Positions 38,310 through 48,671 of a DNA stretch of 64,000 nucleotides are shown one piece after another. The position numbers and the translations under genes were made by a program. The DNA is from Pseudomonadota bacterium (GTDB lineage: Bacteria > Chloroflexota > UBA5177). The DNA is taken from NCBI GenBank assembly GCA_021324655.1, contig JAJPIP010000062.1:38987-102986 (forward strand). Reading direction: 5' to 3'. Every line of letters begins with the position of its first letter. The stretch's first letter is position 1. A model generated the notes under the pieces. It had not been told where the DNA came from and did no database searches. It worked only from the letters and a program-made list of their open reading frames with translations.

Positions 38310-39038
38310 GTGAGCACCGACACCAAAGGCGGCATCCGGATCACCGGTTATCGCCGGGACGATCGGGACGTCCATCCGCCGCTCGACACTCCGGCGTATC
38401 GCTCGTCGGTCTACCGCCATCCCACGCGGCCGCTTGTGTTGCTCCCTCACTCCCTCACCGAGACCACCGGACCCGTCTTCGGCCACAATACGGTCCAGCC
38501 CGGGGACCGCGACCTCACCATCCAGCACGACGGCGAGCCACTGGGCGAGCGGATCATCGTCACCGGCCGCCTGCTCGATGGCGACGGGCGGCCGGTCCGC
38601 AATCAGCTGATTGAGATCTGGCAGGCGAACGCGGCGGGGCGCTATGCCCACTCCGTCGATCAACACCCGGCACCGCTGGACCCCAACTTCAGTGGGGCGG
38701 GACGCTGCCTCACCGACAACGAGGGCCGCTACGAGTTCATCACCATCAAGCCGGGCGCGTACCCATGGGGAAACCACCCCAATGCCTGGCGGCCGGCCCA
38801 CATCCACTTCTCCGTGTTTGGCCCGGCCTTCGCGACGCGGCTGGTGACGCAGATGTACTTCCCGGGAGATCCACTCTTCGAGTACGATCCCATCTTCCAG
38901 TCGGTCCGCGATCCCCGCGCTCGCGAACGACTCATCAGCACCTTCGATCTCTCCCTCACCAGGCCCGAGTGGGCGCTCGGCTACCGGTTCGACATTGTCC
39001 TGCGCGGACGGGACGCCACGCCGATGGAAGGACAGTAG
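38310..39038 (+). CDS. pcaH: protocatechuate 3,4-dioxygenase beta subunit
   Basis: EIWQANAAGRY, PGAYPW, WRPAHIHF Fe ligands. Confidence 0.95.
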   Translation: MSTDTKGGIRITGYRRDDRDVHPPLDTPAYRSSVYRHPTRPLVLLPHSLTETTGPVFGHNTVQPGDRDLTIQHDGEPLGERIIVTGRLLDGDGRPVRNQLIEIWQANAAGRYAHSVDQHPAPLDPNFSGAGRCLTDNEGRYEFITIKPGAYPWGNHPNAWRPAHIHFSVFGPAFATRLVTQMYFPGDPLFEYDPIFQSVRDPRARERLISTFDLSLTRPEWALGYRFDIVLRGRDATPMEGQ

Positions 39039-39039
39039 C

Positions 39040-39633
39040 GTGGCCGAGCGGCTCCTCCCCACCCCCTCCCAGACCGTCGGTCCCTTCTTCGAGTTCGGTC
39101 TGCTGCGGCCCCCGCAGCCGGAGATCGTGCCGGCCGACACGCCCGGCGCACTCGTGATAGCGGGAGTGGTGTACGACGGGCAGGGAAATCCGGTGCCGGA
39201 CGCCATGATCGAGACCTGGCAGGCGGACCGGAATGGGCTCTATCCGAGCCCCGAAGACCCCCGCATCAAACTCTCGCGGGGCCTCGTCGACGTCTTCGAT
39301 CCCGAGCACTTTCACGGCTTCGGCCGCTGCGGGACGGATGCCGGCGGGCGGTTCTGGTTCCGGACCGTCAAGCCGGGCAGCGTGCCCTGGATCGACGGAC
39401 GCCCCCAGGCGCCCCATATCGACGTCTCCGTCTTCGCCCGAGGACTGCTCCATCGCCTGGTCACGCGCATGTACTTCCCTGACGAGGCGGAGGCGAATGC
39501 CTCCGATCCGGCCCTTCTCTCCGTCGCCGATCCTGCCGCTCGCCAGACGTTGATCGCCCACGAGGAAGACGGCCGGCTCCGCTTCGACATCCGTCTGCAG
39601 GGTGACGGCGAAACCTGCTTTTTTCAGATCTGA
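39040..39633 (+). CDS. pcaG: protocatechuate 3,4-dioxygenase alpha subunit
   Basis: TPSQTVGPFF, QAPHI..FARGLL, FDIRLQG..ET.FF. Confidence 0.95.
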   Translation: MAERLLPTPSQTVGPFFEFGLLRPPQPEIVPADTPGALVIAGVVYDGQGNPVPDAMIETWQADRNGLYPSPEDPRIKLSRGLVDVFDPEHFHGFGRCGTDAGGRFWFRTVKPGSVPWIDGRPQAPHIDVSVFARGLLHRLVTRMYFPDEAEANASDPALLSVADPAARQTLIAHEEDGRLRFDIRLQGDGETCFFQI

Positions 39634-39634
39634 G

Positions 39635-40969
39635 ATGCTGTTTACCGCGCTCTTCCTCCCACCCCGACTCAGGGAGGCGACCGGGGACCGCGCCTGGTTC
39701 CAGGCCATGCTGGACGCCGAGGCGGCCCTGGCTCGCGCGGAATCCGAGTGTGGCCTGATTCCGCCCTCTGCCGCCGACGCCATCGCGGCGCACTGTATGG
39801 TGGATGAGTTCGACGTCCCCGCCATCCTCGAGGAAGCCCGCGGCATGGGGAACCCGGCGGAGCCGCTGGTGCGAGCCCTGCGCCGCTCCGTACCGGACGA
39901 GGCCGCGGACTACGTCCATATGGGCGCGACCAGCCAGGACATCGTCGACACGGCAGCCATGCTCGTCACGCAGCGGACCTTGCGGATCGTCGAGGGCGAC
40001 CTCGCGGCGGCCGCGGCCGCCCTCGCCCAGCTGGCGATGAGGTACCGTGACACCCCGATGGCGGGGCGTACTCTGCTGCAGCAGGCGGTCCCGGTCACCT
40101 TCGGCCTGACGGCTGCTCAATGGCTGGCCGGCATCGTCCGCGCCCGGGCGGCGCTGCGCCGGCTGCGGGGCGGGACGCTGGCCGTCCAGCTGGGTGGTGC
40201 GGCCGGTACCCTGGCGCCGCTCGGCGACTCCGGCCCATCCGTGCTCCATGCTTTCTCTTGCACCCTCGGACTGGCCGAGCCGGCCCTCCCCTGGCACACC
40301 GAACGCACGCGCCTGGCGGAGATCGCGGGCGCCCTCTCGCTCACCGCGGGAGCTCTGGAACGCATCGCGCTCGACATCATCCTTCTCTCCCAGACCGAGG
40401 TGGGCGAAGTAGCCGAAGCCGGCGCCGGACGCCGCGGCGGCTCCTCGACCATGCCACAAAAGCAGAATCCGGTGGGCGCCGTACTCGCACGCGCCTGCGC
40501 CCGGACAGCTCAGACGCAGGCGGAGGGACTCTTCCGGGCGATGGCGCAGGAACTGGAGCGGGCAGCAGGCGCCTGGCAGGCGGAGTGGCCGGCGCTGAGC
40601 GGCGCGCTGGCGGCGACCGGCGGCGCGGCTGGCGGGCTGCGTGAAGCGCTGGACGGTCTCGCGGTGCGGCCGGACCGCATGCAGGAGAATCTGGAGATGA
40701 CCGGCGGGCTGATCATGGCGGAACGGGTGGCCACCCTCCTCGCCGAGCGCCTCGGCCGCGAGCAAGCGCACCAATACGTGCGGAGCCTGAGCGAGCGGGC
40801 GGTTGCTGAGGGGCGCCGTCTGACCGATGTCCTGCCGGACGATGCGACGGTGCGGGGCGTTCTCTCCCCCGGCGAGATCCGGCAGGTGATGTCCCCCTCC
40901 GAATATCTCGGCTCGTCGGGCGCCTTCATCGATCGTGCTCTCGCGCTCTACCGGGAGCAGGAGCGATGA
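39635..40969 (+). CDS. pcaB: 3-carboxy-cis,cis-muconate cycloisomerase
   Basis: HMGATSQDI, GSSTMPQKQNP, AGAWQAEW; pca context. Confidence 0.92.
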   Translation: MLFTALFLPPRLREATGDRAWFQAMLDAEAALARAESECGLIPPSAADAIAAHCMVDEFDVPAILEEARGMGNPAEPLVRALRRSVPDEAADYVHMGATSQDIVDTAAMLVTQRTLRIVEGDLAAAAAALAQLAMRYRDTPMAGRTLLQQAVPVTFGLTAAQWLAGIVRARAALRRLRGGTLAVQLGGAAGTLAPLGDSGPSVLHAFSCTLGLAEPALPWHTERTRLAEIAGALSLTAGALERIALDIILLSQTEVGEVAEAGAGRRGGSSTMPQKQNPVGAVLARACARTAQTQAEGLFRAMAQELERAAGAWQAEWPALSGALAATGGAAGGLREALDGLAVRPDRMQENLEMTGGLIMAERVATLLAERLGREQAHQYVRSLSERAVAEGRRLTDVLPDDATVRGVLSPGEIRQVMSPSEYLGSSGAFIDRALALYREQER

Positions 40970-41742
40970 CCGAGCGCCGGCTTGCCTATTCCCTGGACGG
41001 TCCGGCGGAGGCGCCCGTCCTCGTCCTCTCGGGCTCTCTCGGTTCTACGCAGGCGATGTGGGAGCCGCAGATGCCGGCATTGACCGCGCGCCGGCGGATC
41101 CTGCGCCTCGATCACCCCGGGCACGGTGCCTCGCCCGTGTGGGAGGGACCGGTGACGGTGGCCGACATCGCCCGGGCCGTCCTCGAGCTGCTTGACGGCC
41201 TCGGCTGCCAGCACTTCGCCTTCTGCGGGTTGTCGCTCGGCGGCGCGATCGGACAATGGGTCGCGGCCCACGCCCCGGAACGCGTCCGGCACCTGATCCT
41301 CTGCTCCACCACCTCCCACTTCGAGGCGGAGACCTATCTGCAGCGCGCTGCCCTGGTGCGCCGGGACGGGCTGGGACAGGTGGCGGCGGCGGTGATGGAT
41401 CGCTGGTTCACGCCGGGGTTCCGGGCCCAGGAGCCGGCAACGGTCGCGCACTACCGAGCCATGGTGGCAAGTATTCCGCCCGACGGCTACGCGGAGTGCT
41501 GCGAGGCGGTGGCCAGGTTTGACGGCCGGCCGGACCTGAGCCGCATCAGCGCTCCCACCCTCGTGTTGGTCGGAGCAGAGGATCCTGTCGTGTCGCCGGG
41601 CCAGGCCCGAGCTCTCCAGGATGGGATTTCCCGTGCCCGCCTTGAGATCGTGGAAGCGGCTTCCCATCTGTTCAACATCGAGCGGCCGGAGGAGACGTCA
41701 CGGGCCATCCTGCGTCAGCTCGCGGAGGACGAGGATGACTGA
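40966..41742 (+). CDS. pcaD: 3-oxoadipate enol-lactonase
   Basis: SLGST..MWEPQ, DHPGHG, CGLSLGG. Confidence 0.9.
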   Translation: MTERRLAYSLDGPAEAPVLVLSGSLGSTQAMWEPQMPALTARRRILRLDHPGHGASPVWEGPVTVADIARAVLELLDGLGCQHFAFCGLSLGGAIGQWVAAHAPERVRHLILCSTTSHFEAETYLQRAALVRRDGLGQVAAAVMDRWFTPGFRAQEPATVAHYRAMVASIPPDGYAECCEAVARFDGRPDLSRISAPTLVLVGAEDPVVSPGQARALQDGISRARLEIVEAASHLFNIERPEETSRAILRQLAEDEDD

Positions 41743-42115
41743 CGATCGCTACGAGCGGGGCATGGCCGTCCGCAGGGAGGTCCTGGGAGACGCGCATGTC
41801 GACCGCGCGACGGACGACGCCACGGGACTCACGGCCGAGTTTCAAGATCTGATCACACGCTATGCCTGGGGAGAGATCTGGACGCGCCCCGGCCTGGAGC
41901 GGCGGATGCGCAGCGCGATTACGGTGACCGCCCTGGTCGCCCTGGGGCGCGATGAGGAGCTGGCGCTGCATCTGCGGGCGGCGCTTCGCAACGGGTTGAG
42001 CCGAGACGAGATCAAGGAGATCCTGCTGCAATGCGCCATCTACTGTGGCGTGCCGGCCGCCAACGTGGCCTTTCGTATCGCCTCTCGGGTGCTGGACGCT
42101 CCGCCGGATGAGTAG
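41735..42115 (+). CDS. pcaC: 4-carboxymuconolactone decarboxylase
   Basis: RREVLGDAHVD, RYAWGEIWTRPGL, AIYCGVPAAN. Confidence 0.95.
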   Translation: MTDDRYERGMAVRREVLGDAHVDRATDDATGLTAEFQDLITRYAWGEIWTRPGLERRMRSAITVTALVALGRDEELALHLRAALRNGLSRDEIKEILLQCAIYCGVPAANVAFRIASRVLDAPPDE

Positions 42116-43304
42116 CGTGCGCACCCAGGTCGGGATCATCGGCGCCGGCCCGGCCGGATTGCTCCTTGGCCATCTCCTGCATCTCCAGGGGATCGAATCG
42201 ATCATTCTGGAGGATCGGAGCCGCGCGTATGTCGAGCGCCGCGTGCGGGCCGGCGTGCTGGAAGCGGGAGCTGCCGAACTCCTGCGAGAGAGCGGGGTCG
42301 GTGCACGCATGGACCGTGAGGGGATGTTCCACCGCGGCATCTACCTGCAGTTCGCCGGCGCCCGTCACCACATCGACTTCGTGGATCTCACCGGCCACGG
42401 CATCACGATCTACGGCCAGCAGGAAGTCGTCAAGGATCTTATCGCCGCTCGTCTCGCCTGGGGCGGCCCTCTGCTCTTCGAATCCGAGGCGACGGCGGTG
42501 CGCGAGATCGAGGGCGACCACCCGGTCATCTGTTACCGGCAGGGGGACGAGGAGGGAGTGATCGCCTGCGATGTCGTGGCCGCGTGCGACGGCTCGCACG
42601 GCATTGGGCGGACCGTGCTGGCGGCGACGTCTCCCCGCATCTACGAGCGTGAGTACACCTTCGGCTGGCTGGGCATCCTCGCCCGTACGCCGCCGGCCAG
42701 CGAGGAGTTGATCTACGCCTATCACGAGACCGGCTTCGCCCTGCACAGCATGCGCACCCCGGAGATCAGTCGACTCTATCTTCAAGTGCCGGCCGACGAG
42801 GATCTCAAGAACTGGCCGGAGCGGCGGATCTGGGCGGAGTTGCGTCTCCGGCTGGGTGAGCCGGGACTGCCATCGGGCGAGATTCTCGATATCGGCATCA
42901 CGCCGATGCGGAGTCTGGTGGCCGAGCCCATGCAGTGCGGGCGCCTCTTCGTCCTCGGTGATGCCGCCCACGTCGTGCCGCCGACCGGCGCCAAGGGCAT
43001 GAATCTCGCGCTGGCCGACGCCCGTGATCTGGCCGCCGCCCTCGCCACCTGGTATCGGTCCGGCGATCGCACCGCACTCGACGCCTACAGTGACGCCTGT
43101 CTGCGGCGCGTCTGGCAGGCGGAGCACTTCTCGGCCTTCATGACCAACCTTCTGCACCTCGATGCGGCTCACGACCCTTTCCAGCACAGGCTGAGACTGG
43201 CCCATCTGGCCTATCTCACGCGATCGCGCGCTGCCGCCGGCTCACTGGCGGAGAACTACACGAGCGCCGCGACCGGGCTGCGCGCTGTCGGGAGCCTGGA
43301 CTAA
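42108..43304 (+). CDS. pobA: 4-hydroxybenzoate 3-monooxygenase
   Basis: GAGPAG, RAGVLE, YGQQEVV, GDAAHVVPPTGAKGMNLA, LAENY. Confidence 0.95.
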   Translation: MSSVRTQVGIIGAGPAGLLLGHLLHLQGIESIILEDRSRAYVERRVRAGVLEAGAAELLRESGVGARMDREGMFHRGIYLQFAGARHHIDFVDLTGHGITIYGQQEVVKDLIAARLAWGGPLLFESEATAVREIEGDHPVICYRQGDEEGVIACDVVAACDGSHGIGRTVLAATSPRIYEREYTFGWLGILARTPPASEELIYAYHETGFALHSMRTPEISRLYLQVPADEDLKNWPERRIWAELRLRLGEPGLPSGEILDIGITPMRSLVAEPMQCGRLFVLGDAAHVVPPTGAKGMNLALADARDLAAALATWYRSGDRTALDAYSDACLRRVWQAEHFSAFMTNLLHLDAAHDPFQHRLRLAHLAYLTRSRAAAGSLAENYTSAATGLRAVGSLD

Positions 43305-43323
43305 TGTCATCACGGATAGTGAT

Positions 43324-43737
43324 GTGAGCCGCGCCACCGAAGAAACCAATCGCCGATTGCTGCGTGCTCGCGACGCGATGGACCGGTCGTACGCGCAGCC
43401 ACTCGACATCGCGGCCCTGGCTCGCATCGCGTGCGTGTCCGAGGCCCACTTTATCCGAACTTTTCGCGCGACGTTCGGCGAGACACCGCACCGGTACCTG
43501 CAGCGCCGCCGTGTCGAGCGCTCGATGTTCCTGCTCTGTGAGACCAACCGCACGGTGACCGAGATCTGCTGCGACGTCGGCTTCACCAGTCTGGGCACGT
43601 TCAGCCGGACGTTTCGCGAGATCATGGGCGAGACGCCGACCGCGTACCGCAAGCGGGCGAACGCCCAGCCCGCCCCCACGTGCTTCGTCATGGCCTGGAC
43701 GCGACCAAGCAGTTTCGGAGAAGCGGCGAGCGACTGA
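43324..43737 (+). CDS. AraC-family regulator (stand-alone HTH)
   Basis: LLRARDAMDR, HFIRTF..FGETPH, VGFTSLGTFS. Confidence 0.9.
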   Translation: MSRATEETNRRLLRARDAMDRSYAQPLDIAALARIACVSEAHFIRTFRATFGETPHRYLQRRRVERSMFLLCETNRTVTEICCDVGFTSLGTFSRTFREIMGETPTAYRKRANAQPAPTCFVMAWTRPSSFGEAASD

Positions 43738-43770
43738 CCTCCGCTAGCATGCCCAGGTAAGGAGGTTCGC

Positions 43771-44205
43771 ATGTTCAATGCGCTCGCGGTCACCAGTCTC
43801 TTCGTTCTCGATCAGGAGGAAGCTCGCGACTTCTACGCCAACAAGCTCGGGTTGGAGGTCAGCAACGACTTCGAGCAAGGTCCCACGCGCTGGCTGACGG
43901 TCAAGGTGCCGGGACAGGCCGGCCCCGACATCTATCTCCAGGAACCCGGCTCGCCGGCAATGGATGAGGCGACGGCAGCCCAGGTCCGGGACCTGATAAG
44001 CAAAGGGGCAATCGGTTGGCTGGCCCTCACCACCGACGACTGTCGGACGACGTACGAGACGCTCGTGGCCCGCGGGGTTGAGATCACCCAGGAACCGACC
44101 GAGCACTTCTATGGGATCGATATGGGAGTGCGTGATCCATTCGGCAATCAGATTCGAATCCTGCAACCGGCAGCTATGTCACAGGAAGCGTCAACGCCGG
44201 CTTGA
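43771..44205 (+). CDS. VOC/glyoxalase family protein
   Basis: DQEEARDFY..KLG, RWLTV, RDPFGN; AAGGAGG RBS. Confidence 0.9.
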   Translation: MFNALAVTSLFVLDQEEARDFYANKLGLEVSNDFEQGPTRWLTVKVPGQAGPDIYLQEPGSPAMDEATAAQVRDLISKGAIGWLALTTDDCRTTYETLVARGVEITQEPTEHFYGIDMGVRDPFGNQIRILQPAAMSQEASTPA

Positions 44206-44253
44206 GGATTCTGAAAGTCTTTCCGCGCGTGCCGAAACCTCAGGGTGACAAAC

Positions 44254-44287
44254 GCAGGCCTCCCAATCGGGAGGCCTGCAGTTCTTT
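44254..44287 (+). terminator. intrinsic terminator
   Basis: GCAGGCCTCCC-AATC-GGGAGGCCTGC perfect 11-bp stem followed by AGTTCTTT, between convergent genes. Confidence 0.8.
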
Positions 44288-44317
44288 GGGCGACGTCCGC
44301 TCCTTCCGGCCGGCGGA

Positions 44318-45114
44318 TCAAGCGTTTGGCGAGGTGCTGGTCGACGGGCCAGGGTGTGGTCGCCGTCGGAGCACGAGCAATGTGACGCCCTGGACAGCCA
44401 GGGCACCAGCCAGAGCCGGCGCAAACGCGAACGGCAAACCGCCTCGAACGAGAAGCGTCGACAGGACCAGGAAGAACGTGGCAAACGCGAAGAGACCAAA
44501 GAGGAGACCGCGCAGCACGTCAATGGCTGCCCCCGGCCCGTGGGACCGGTGGGCGAAAACGGTGAGAACGGTCGCGTAGAGAGGGAAGGGAGCGAGCAGG
44601 CCGGTCAGACGCGGGCCGAGCGCCGAGGCCAGTCCGGTGAGGATCAGGACGAAGGCGGTGGCGACGAGCATGCGAACCGGCAGATCCCATGCTGGAACGC
44701 GTGCCGCCGCGGCCGGAACCCGGCGGCGAGGAATGAGCAACAGCGCGACGATCAGCACCAGGAGCACGGCAGCAAAGAGGACGGCCGCCGGAAGGGCGAG
44801 ATACTGCAGAGCGGCGGTGATGGCGGCGAATCCAACGCAGGAGGCCAGCAAGGTCAACGGCCAGGCGACGCGGGAGGCCAGCCGGGTGTAGATCAGAGCG
44901 AATGCGGCTTGCGATATCGTTCCGGCCAGAGTCCCGGCCGCCGTGACCGCCGCGAAGGCGAGGCCATGATCGAGCGCAACGAAGAACGTGATGGGGGCCG
45001 AGGTGAACGGGAGGCCAACCAGCCGCCGACTTCCGGTCCCCAGCGCCGGCCAACCAGGCTCGCCACGCCGATGAGGATCGGTGTCACGACGAGCTTCACC
45101 AGGACGATATCCAT
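44318..45114 (-). pseudogene. frameshifted multi-pass membrane protein
   Basis: MDIVLVKLVVTPILIGVASLVGRRWGPEVGGW in one frame, LVGLPFTSAP.. in another; shift near 45015-45025. Confidence 0.75.
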
Positions 45115-45220
45115 GTCTCCCAGGAATAACACTCTTCCCGGGCCTGTCTTTGAGGCCCGGGAAGAGCGAGTCATGCCGGCATTGGCTAGAGTGAGGGCAC
45201 CGAGCAAGGAGGACGACAGT

Positions 45221-45634
45221 ATGCCCCAGCAACTCACCGAGAGCGCCCGACGCTTTCTGGAAGAGAAGCGCATCGGCGTCCTGGCCACCATCAATCCGGA
45301 CGGAACGCCGCAGCAGTCACCCATCTGGTACGAGCTACAGGGCAACGAAATCATGATGAATACCCGCCGCGGGCGGCGCAAGGACCGCAACCTCCGGCGC
45401 GATCCCCGCTGCTCCCTGTGCGTCGAAGGTGAGTACGACTGGGTCACTATTCGTGGGACGGCTCGTCTCATCGAGGATCCGGCGACGGCCCAGGCCGACA
45501 TCCGCCATCTCGCCGTCGTGAACTACGGTCCGGAGGAAGCGGAGCGATCCATGGAGCGGCAGTTTTGCCGGGAGCCGCGTGTCACGATTCGGCTCTCGAT
45601 CGAGCACGTGACCGGGGAAGGGTTCGAAGAGTGA
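45221..45634 (+). CDS. PPOX-class F420-dependent oxidoreductase
   Basis: LATINPDGTPQQSPIWY..KDRNLRRDPR; AAGGAGG RBS. Confidence 0.88.
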   Translation: MPQQLTESARRFLEEKRIGVLATINPDGTPQQSPIWYELQGNEIMMNTRRGRRKDRNLRRDPRCSLCVEGEYDWVTIRGTARLIEDPATAQADIRHLAVVNYGPEEAERSMERQFCREPRVTIRLSIEHVTGEGFEE

Positions 45635-45715
45635 GCGGTCAGGCGGCCGAGCACACGTCGCCGTGGCGGCGATGGGGAGAGACGGGTCGCGTCTGATGGA
45701 GTTCGACGAGTCGTC

Positions 45716-46624
45716 CTACAGCGCCAGGGACACGCGCCGGGGTTCTTCTGTCGCCGGACTGTAGCTGGTCACAATCGGGGGCACCCGGAACTCCTCACGC
45801 GCGTACAACTCCTGCAAATCGTTCATGGTGACGTCCGGGGCGGTCATGGTCCGGGCCACTCGGTCAAGCAGCGCGCGCTGTTCGTCGCTCAGGGACTCGC
45901 TTTCGGCGATTCCCCACACATCCCACAGCACCATCTCCCTCTTGTTCAGCGCCGCCAGATCGTGAACCAGGTTGTGCACGAGATAGGGCCAGCTCCGCAG
46001 CACCGGAATGTCCAGCTCGGGCAAGACGACAAACCGCTCCGGATCGGCGTGGCCGGCGCGGCATGCCAGCCAGGCGTGCGGACCAACGAGGAAGCGATTG
46101 GGATCGACATCGAGCGGATTGACGGTTGCTCCGTCGGTGGGATCGATATGACCGTCGCGCAGCTCCGGATCCACCAGCCGCCAGCGCTGCTCGGCCGCAT
46201 CCCACACCTCGGCGATCTCATGATCGATGTACCAGCCCGGCGCAAAGTACGTGGCGAAACCGACGCGGGCCCGAGCCGGCACTCCCTTCTGTCGCGCCAG
46301 AGCGAGGAAGAGCACCGTGAAATCACGGCAGCACCCGACGAGACGCTGGTGCGCCGCCCGTTCTTCGTCCAGTGATGTGTCATGCAGCTCAAACAGCCGC
46401 TCGAACATCGGAGCGGCATACCGCGTGTCGACCTCGCCAAGGCGATCGGCCGCTATGCCGTTCTCCGCGAAGTCCCCACCGGCTCGGTAATGGAAGACCA
46501 GCCGGCACGCCGCTCGCTGCAGCGCCTCCAGATCTCCCGGCACGACGTCGAGCCGGCCGGCCAACATGCCGGGATCGGTGACCGGACTCTGAGAGACGTA
46601 TGTCGACTGGTCGATCGTTGCCAC
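45716..46624 (-). CDS. transglutaminase-like domain protein
   Basis: GCCRDF, ARARVGFATYF, DHEIAEVW, WRLVD (Cys-His-Asp). Confidence 0.85.
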   Translation of the reverse strand: MATIDQSTYVSQSPVTDPGMLAGRLDVVPGDLEALQRAACRLVFHYRAGGDFAENGIAADRLGEVDTRYAAPMFERLFELHDTSLDEERAAHQRLVGCCRDFTVLFLALARQKGVPARARVGFATYFAPGWYIDHEIAEVWDAAEQRWRLVDPELRDGHIDPTDGATVNPLDVDPNRFLVGPHAWLACRAGHADPERFVVLPELDIPVLRSWPYLVHNLVHDLAALNKREMVLWDVWGIAESESLSDEQRALLDRVARTMTAPDVTMNDLQELYAREEFRVPPIVTSYSPATEEPRRVSLAL

Positions 46625-46774
46625 TGTTCCCTCCTCACGATCTCAGCTGAAGTGGAACATCATTGGTCCGACTGTCAGCGGGAGGTCGCTCTTTCGATTC
46701 CACCTCAATGGCTGACAGCGATTGTCGCCATTGTAGGAGATGATCGGAAGGAAGCGGAGTGACGAGAGGAGACA

Positions 46775-47650
46775 ATGATGACGAGCAGCGACACGCTTGC
46801 CGCCGGACGCGACTTCATCTACCGGGAAGGGCGCTTGCTGGAGCAGCGTCTGTTTGCAACCCTCTTTGAGGGCGCCTCCCCCGAGGGTGTACTGAACGCG
46901 CTGCGGGGCTACCGCAACGTGGATGGTGGATTCGGACATGGCCTCGAACCGGACAAGCGCTGTCCCGACAGTCAGCCGCTGGACGTCGAGGTCGCGTTGC
47001 AGACGATGGACGCCGCCGGGCAGGCCGACCGGGACCTGGCACAGGGCGCCTGTGATTTCCTGGCGTCGCTCGATCACGGCGCCGGAGGCGTTCCTGTCGT
47101 TCTACCGTCCATTGCCGGCTATCCGCGGGCCGAGCACTGGGGAGACGGCCGGTTCCCGGTCTCCCTGAACCCCACCGCGGGGATGACCGGGCTGCTGTAC
47201 AAGCTGGACGTGGAGCATCCCTGGAGGGAGCGCGCCGCACGATTCTGCTGGGAATCTCTGGAGACCGGCCTTCCCGACGACGCCCACACTCTCATCGAGG
47301 TCTTCACCTTTCTGGAGCACGTGCCGGACCGGGAGCGCGCCGAGGCACTGATCCCGCGCGTTGCCGCCAGTCTCGAAGGCGCGGCCCCATTCAACGCCGA
47401 CCCGAATGCCGAGGGCTACGGTCTCACCCCTCTCCACTTCGCGCCCGCTCCGTCGAGCCGCTGGCGCGCCCTGTTCGATGACTCAGCCGTCTTCGGCCAT
47501 CTCGATCGTCTCCAGGCCGGACAGGCGCCGGACGGCGGGTGGACCGTCACCTGGGTGCCGCCGAGCGAGGCATCGACGCTGGAGTGGCGGGGTCGTGTCA
47601 CGCTCGATGCGCTGCGGGTTCTCCGGGCCTACGGGCGACTGGGCGGTTAG
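46775..47650 (+). CDS. conserved protein, prenyltransferase/squalene-cyclase-like repeat
   Basis: YRNVDGGFGHGLEPD and Q.PDGGW motifs. Confidence 0.78.
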   Translation: MMTSSDTLAAGRDFIYREGRLLEQRLFATLFEGASPEGVLNALRGYRNVDGGFGHGLEPDKRCPDSQPLDVEVALQTMDAAGQADRDLAQGACDFLASLDHGAGGVPVVLPSIAGYPRAEHWGDGRFPVSLNPTAGMTGLLYKLDVEHPWRERAARFCWESLETGLPDDAHTLIEVFTFLEHVPDRERAEALIPRVAASLEGAAPFNADPNAEGYGLTPLHFAPAPSSRWRALFDDSAVFGHLDRLQAGQAPDGGWTVTWVPPSEASTLEWRGRVTLDALRVLRAYGRLGG

Positions 47651-47789
47651 CGGGAAGATTCCGCACGTAAGAGGATGACCGCGTACGAGAGCATGGCCCG
47701 ACCGGCGGACAGAGCCATCGCCCGGGGATCGGACCGTCAAGGTGGTAGGGTTACTCTGACACCGCTACGCCAGGCGAGGGAGTGATGAG

Positions 47790-48635
47790 GTGACCCGAAA
47801 CGCCGACCATGCCGTCGCTCGACCTGCCGTGCCGCTTCGTCCGTTCATTCACCGCTACACGGGGTACCGGTATTCCGGCCTGGTCCCGGGAACGCACCGC
47901 GGCCTCCCAGCCCCCCATCTCGCCATGATCATCGCTCTGGACACGCCAACGCGGGTCACGAGGATGTCCCATCCCGCCCAGCGCCCCGGCGAGTTTATGG
48001 GGTTGGTTGGCGGGCTGCATACCCAGCCGGCCGAGATCGCGCATGACGGCGCCCTGGCCGGAGTCCAGGTGGACCTCACGCCGGCGGGCGCTCGATCGCT
48101 ACTCGGGTTTCCTGCCGGCGAGTTGTGTGCACTCACGGTGAGTCTGGAAGATGTCCTGGGGAGGGACGCGGGTGAGCTGATCGGCCGTGTCAACGAGGCG
48201 CCGACCTGGACAGCGTTGTTTGGCGTCCTGGATCGGCTGCTGCTGCAACGAATCGGGCGCGTACCGGCGGTCGAGGGCCCGGTGACGCGGGCCTGGGACC
48301 TCGTCGTCCTCGGCGGCGGCACAGTGCCGGTGCATGAGGTCGCACAAGCCGTCGGCTGGAGCCGGCGGCACCTGGGAGAGCGCTTCTCGACGGAGCACGG
48401 ATTGACGCTGAAAGAAGCCTCGCGGGTGATGCGCTTTCATCGGTCAAGACGCCTATTGCAGCGGGGCGGGAGCACCATTGCCGACGTCGCGGCCGCCACC
48501 GGCTATGCCGATCAGGCGCACATGGCACGCGAGTGGCGGGAGATGGCCGGCTGCTCGCCGTCGACGTGGCTGGGAACCGAAGAGCTCCCATTTATTCAAG
48601 ACGGCGGCCGTCCGGATGTGGAGACTGAAGGGTGA
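47790..48635 (+). CDS. AraC-family regulator
   Basis: VGWSRRHL..F, GYADQAHMAREW. Confidence 0.88.
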   Translation: MTRNADHAVARPAVPLRPFIHRYTGYRYSGLVPGTHRGLPAPHLAMIIALDTPTRVTRMSHPAQRPGEFMGLVGGLHTQPAEIAHDGALAGVQVDLTPAGARSLLGFPAGELCALTVSLEDVLGRDAGELIGRVNEAPTWTALFGVLDRLLLQRIGRVPAVEGPVTRAWDLVVLGGGTVPVHEVAQAVGWSRRHLGERFSTEHGLTLKEASRVMRFHRSRRLLQRGGSTIADVAAATGYADQAHMAREWREMAGCSPSTWLGTEELPFIQDGGRPDVETEG

Positions 48636-48671
48636 GACTGCCGGCGCCAGACGCCACCAAGAGGGAGTGTT

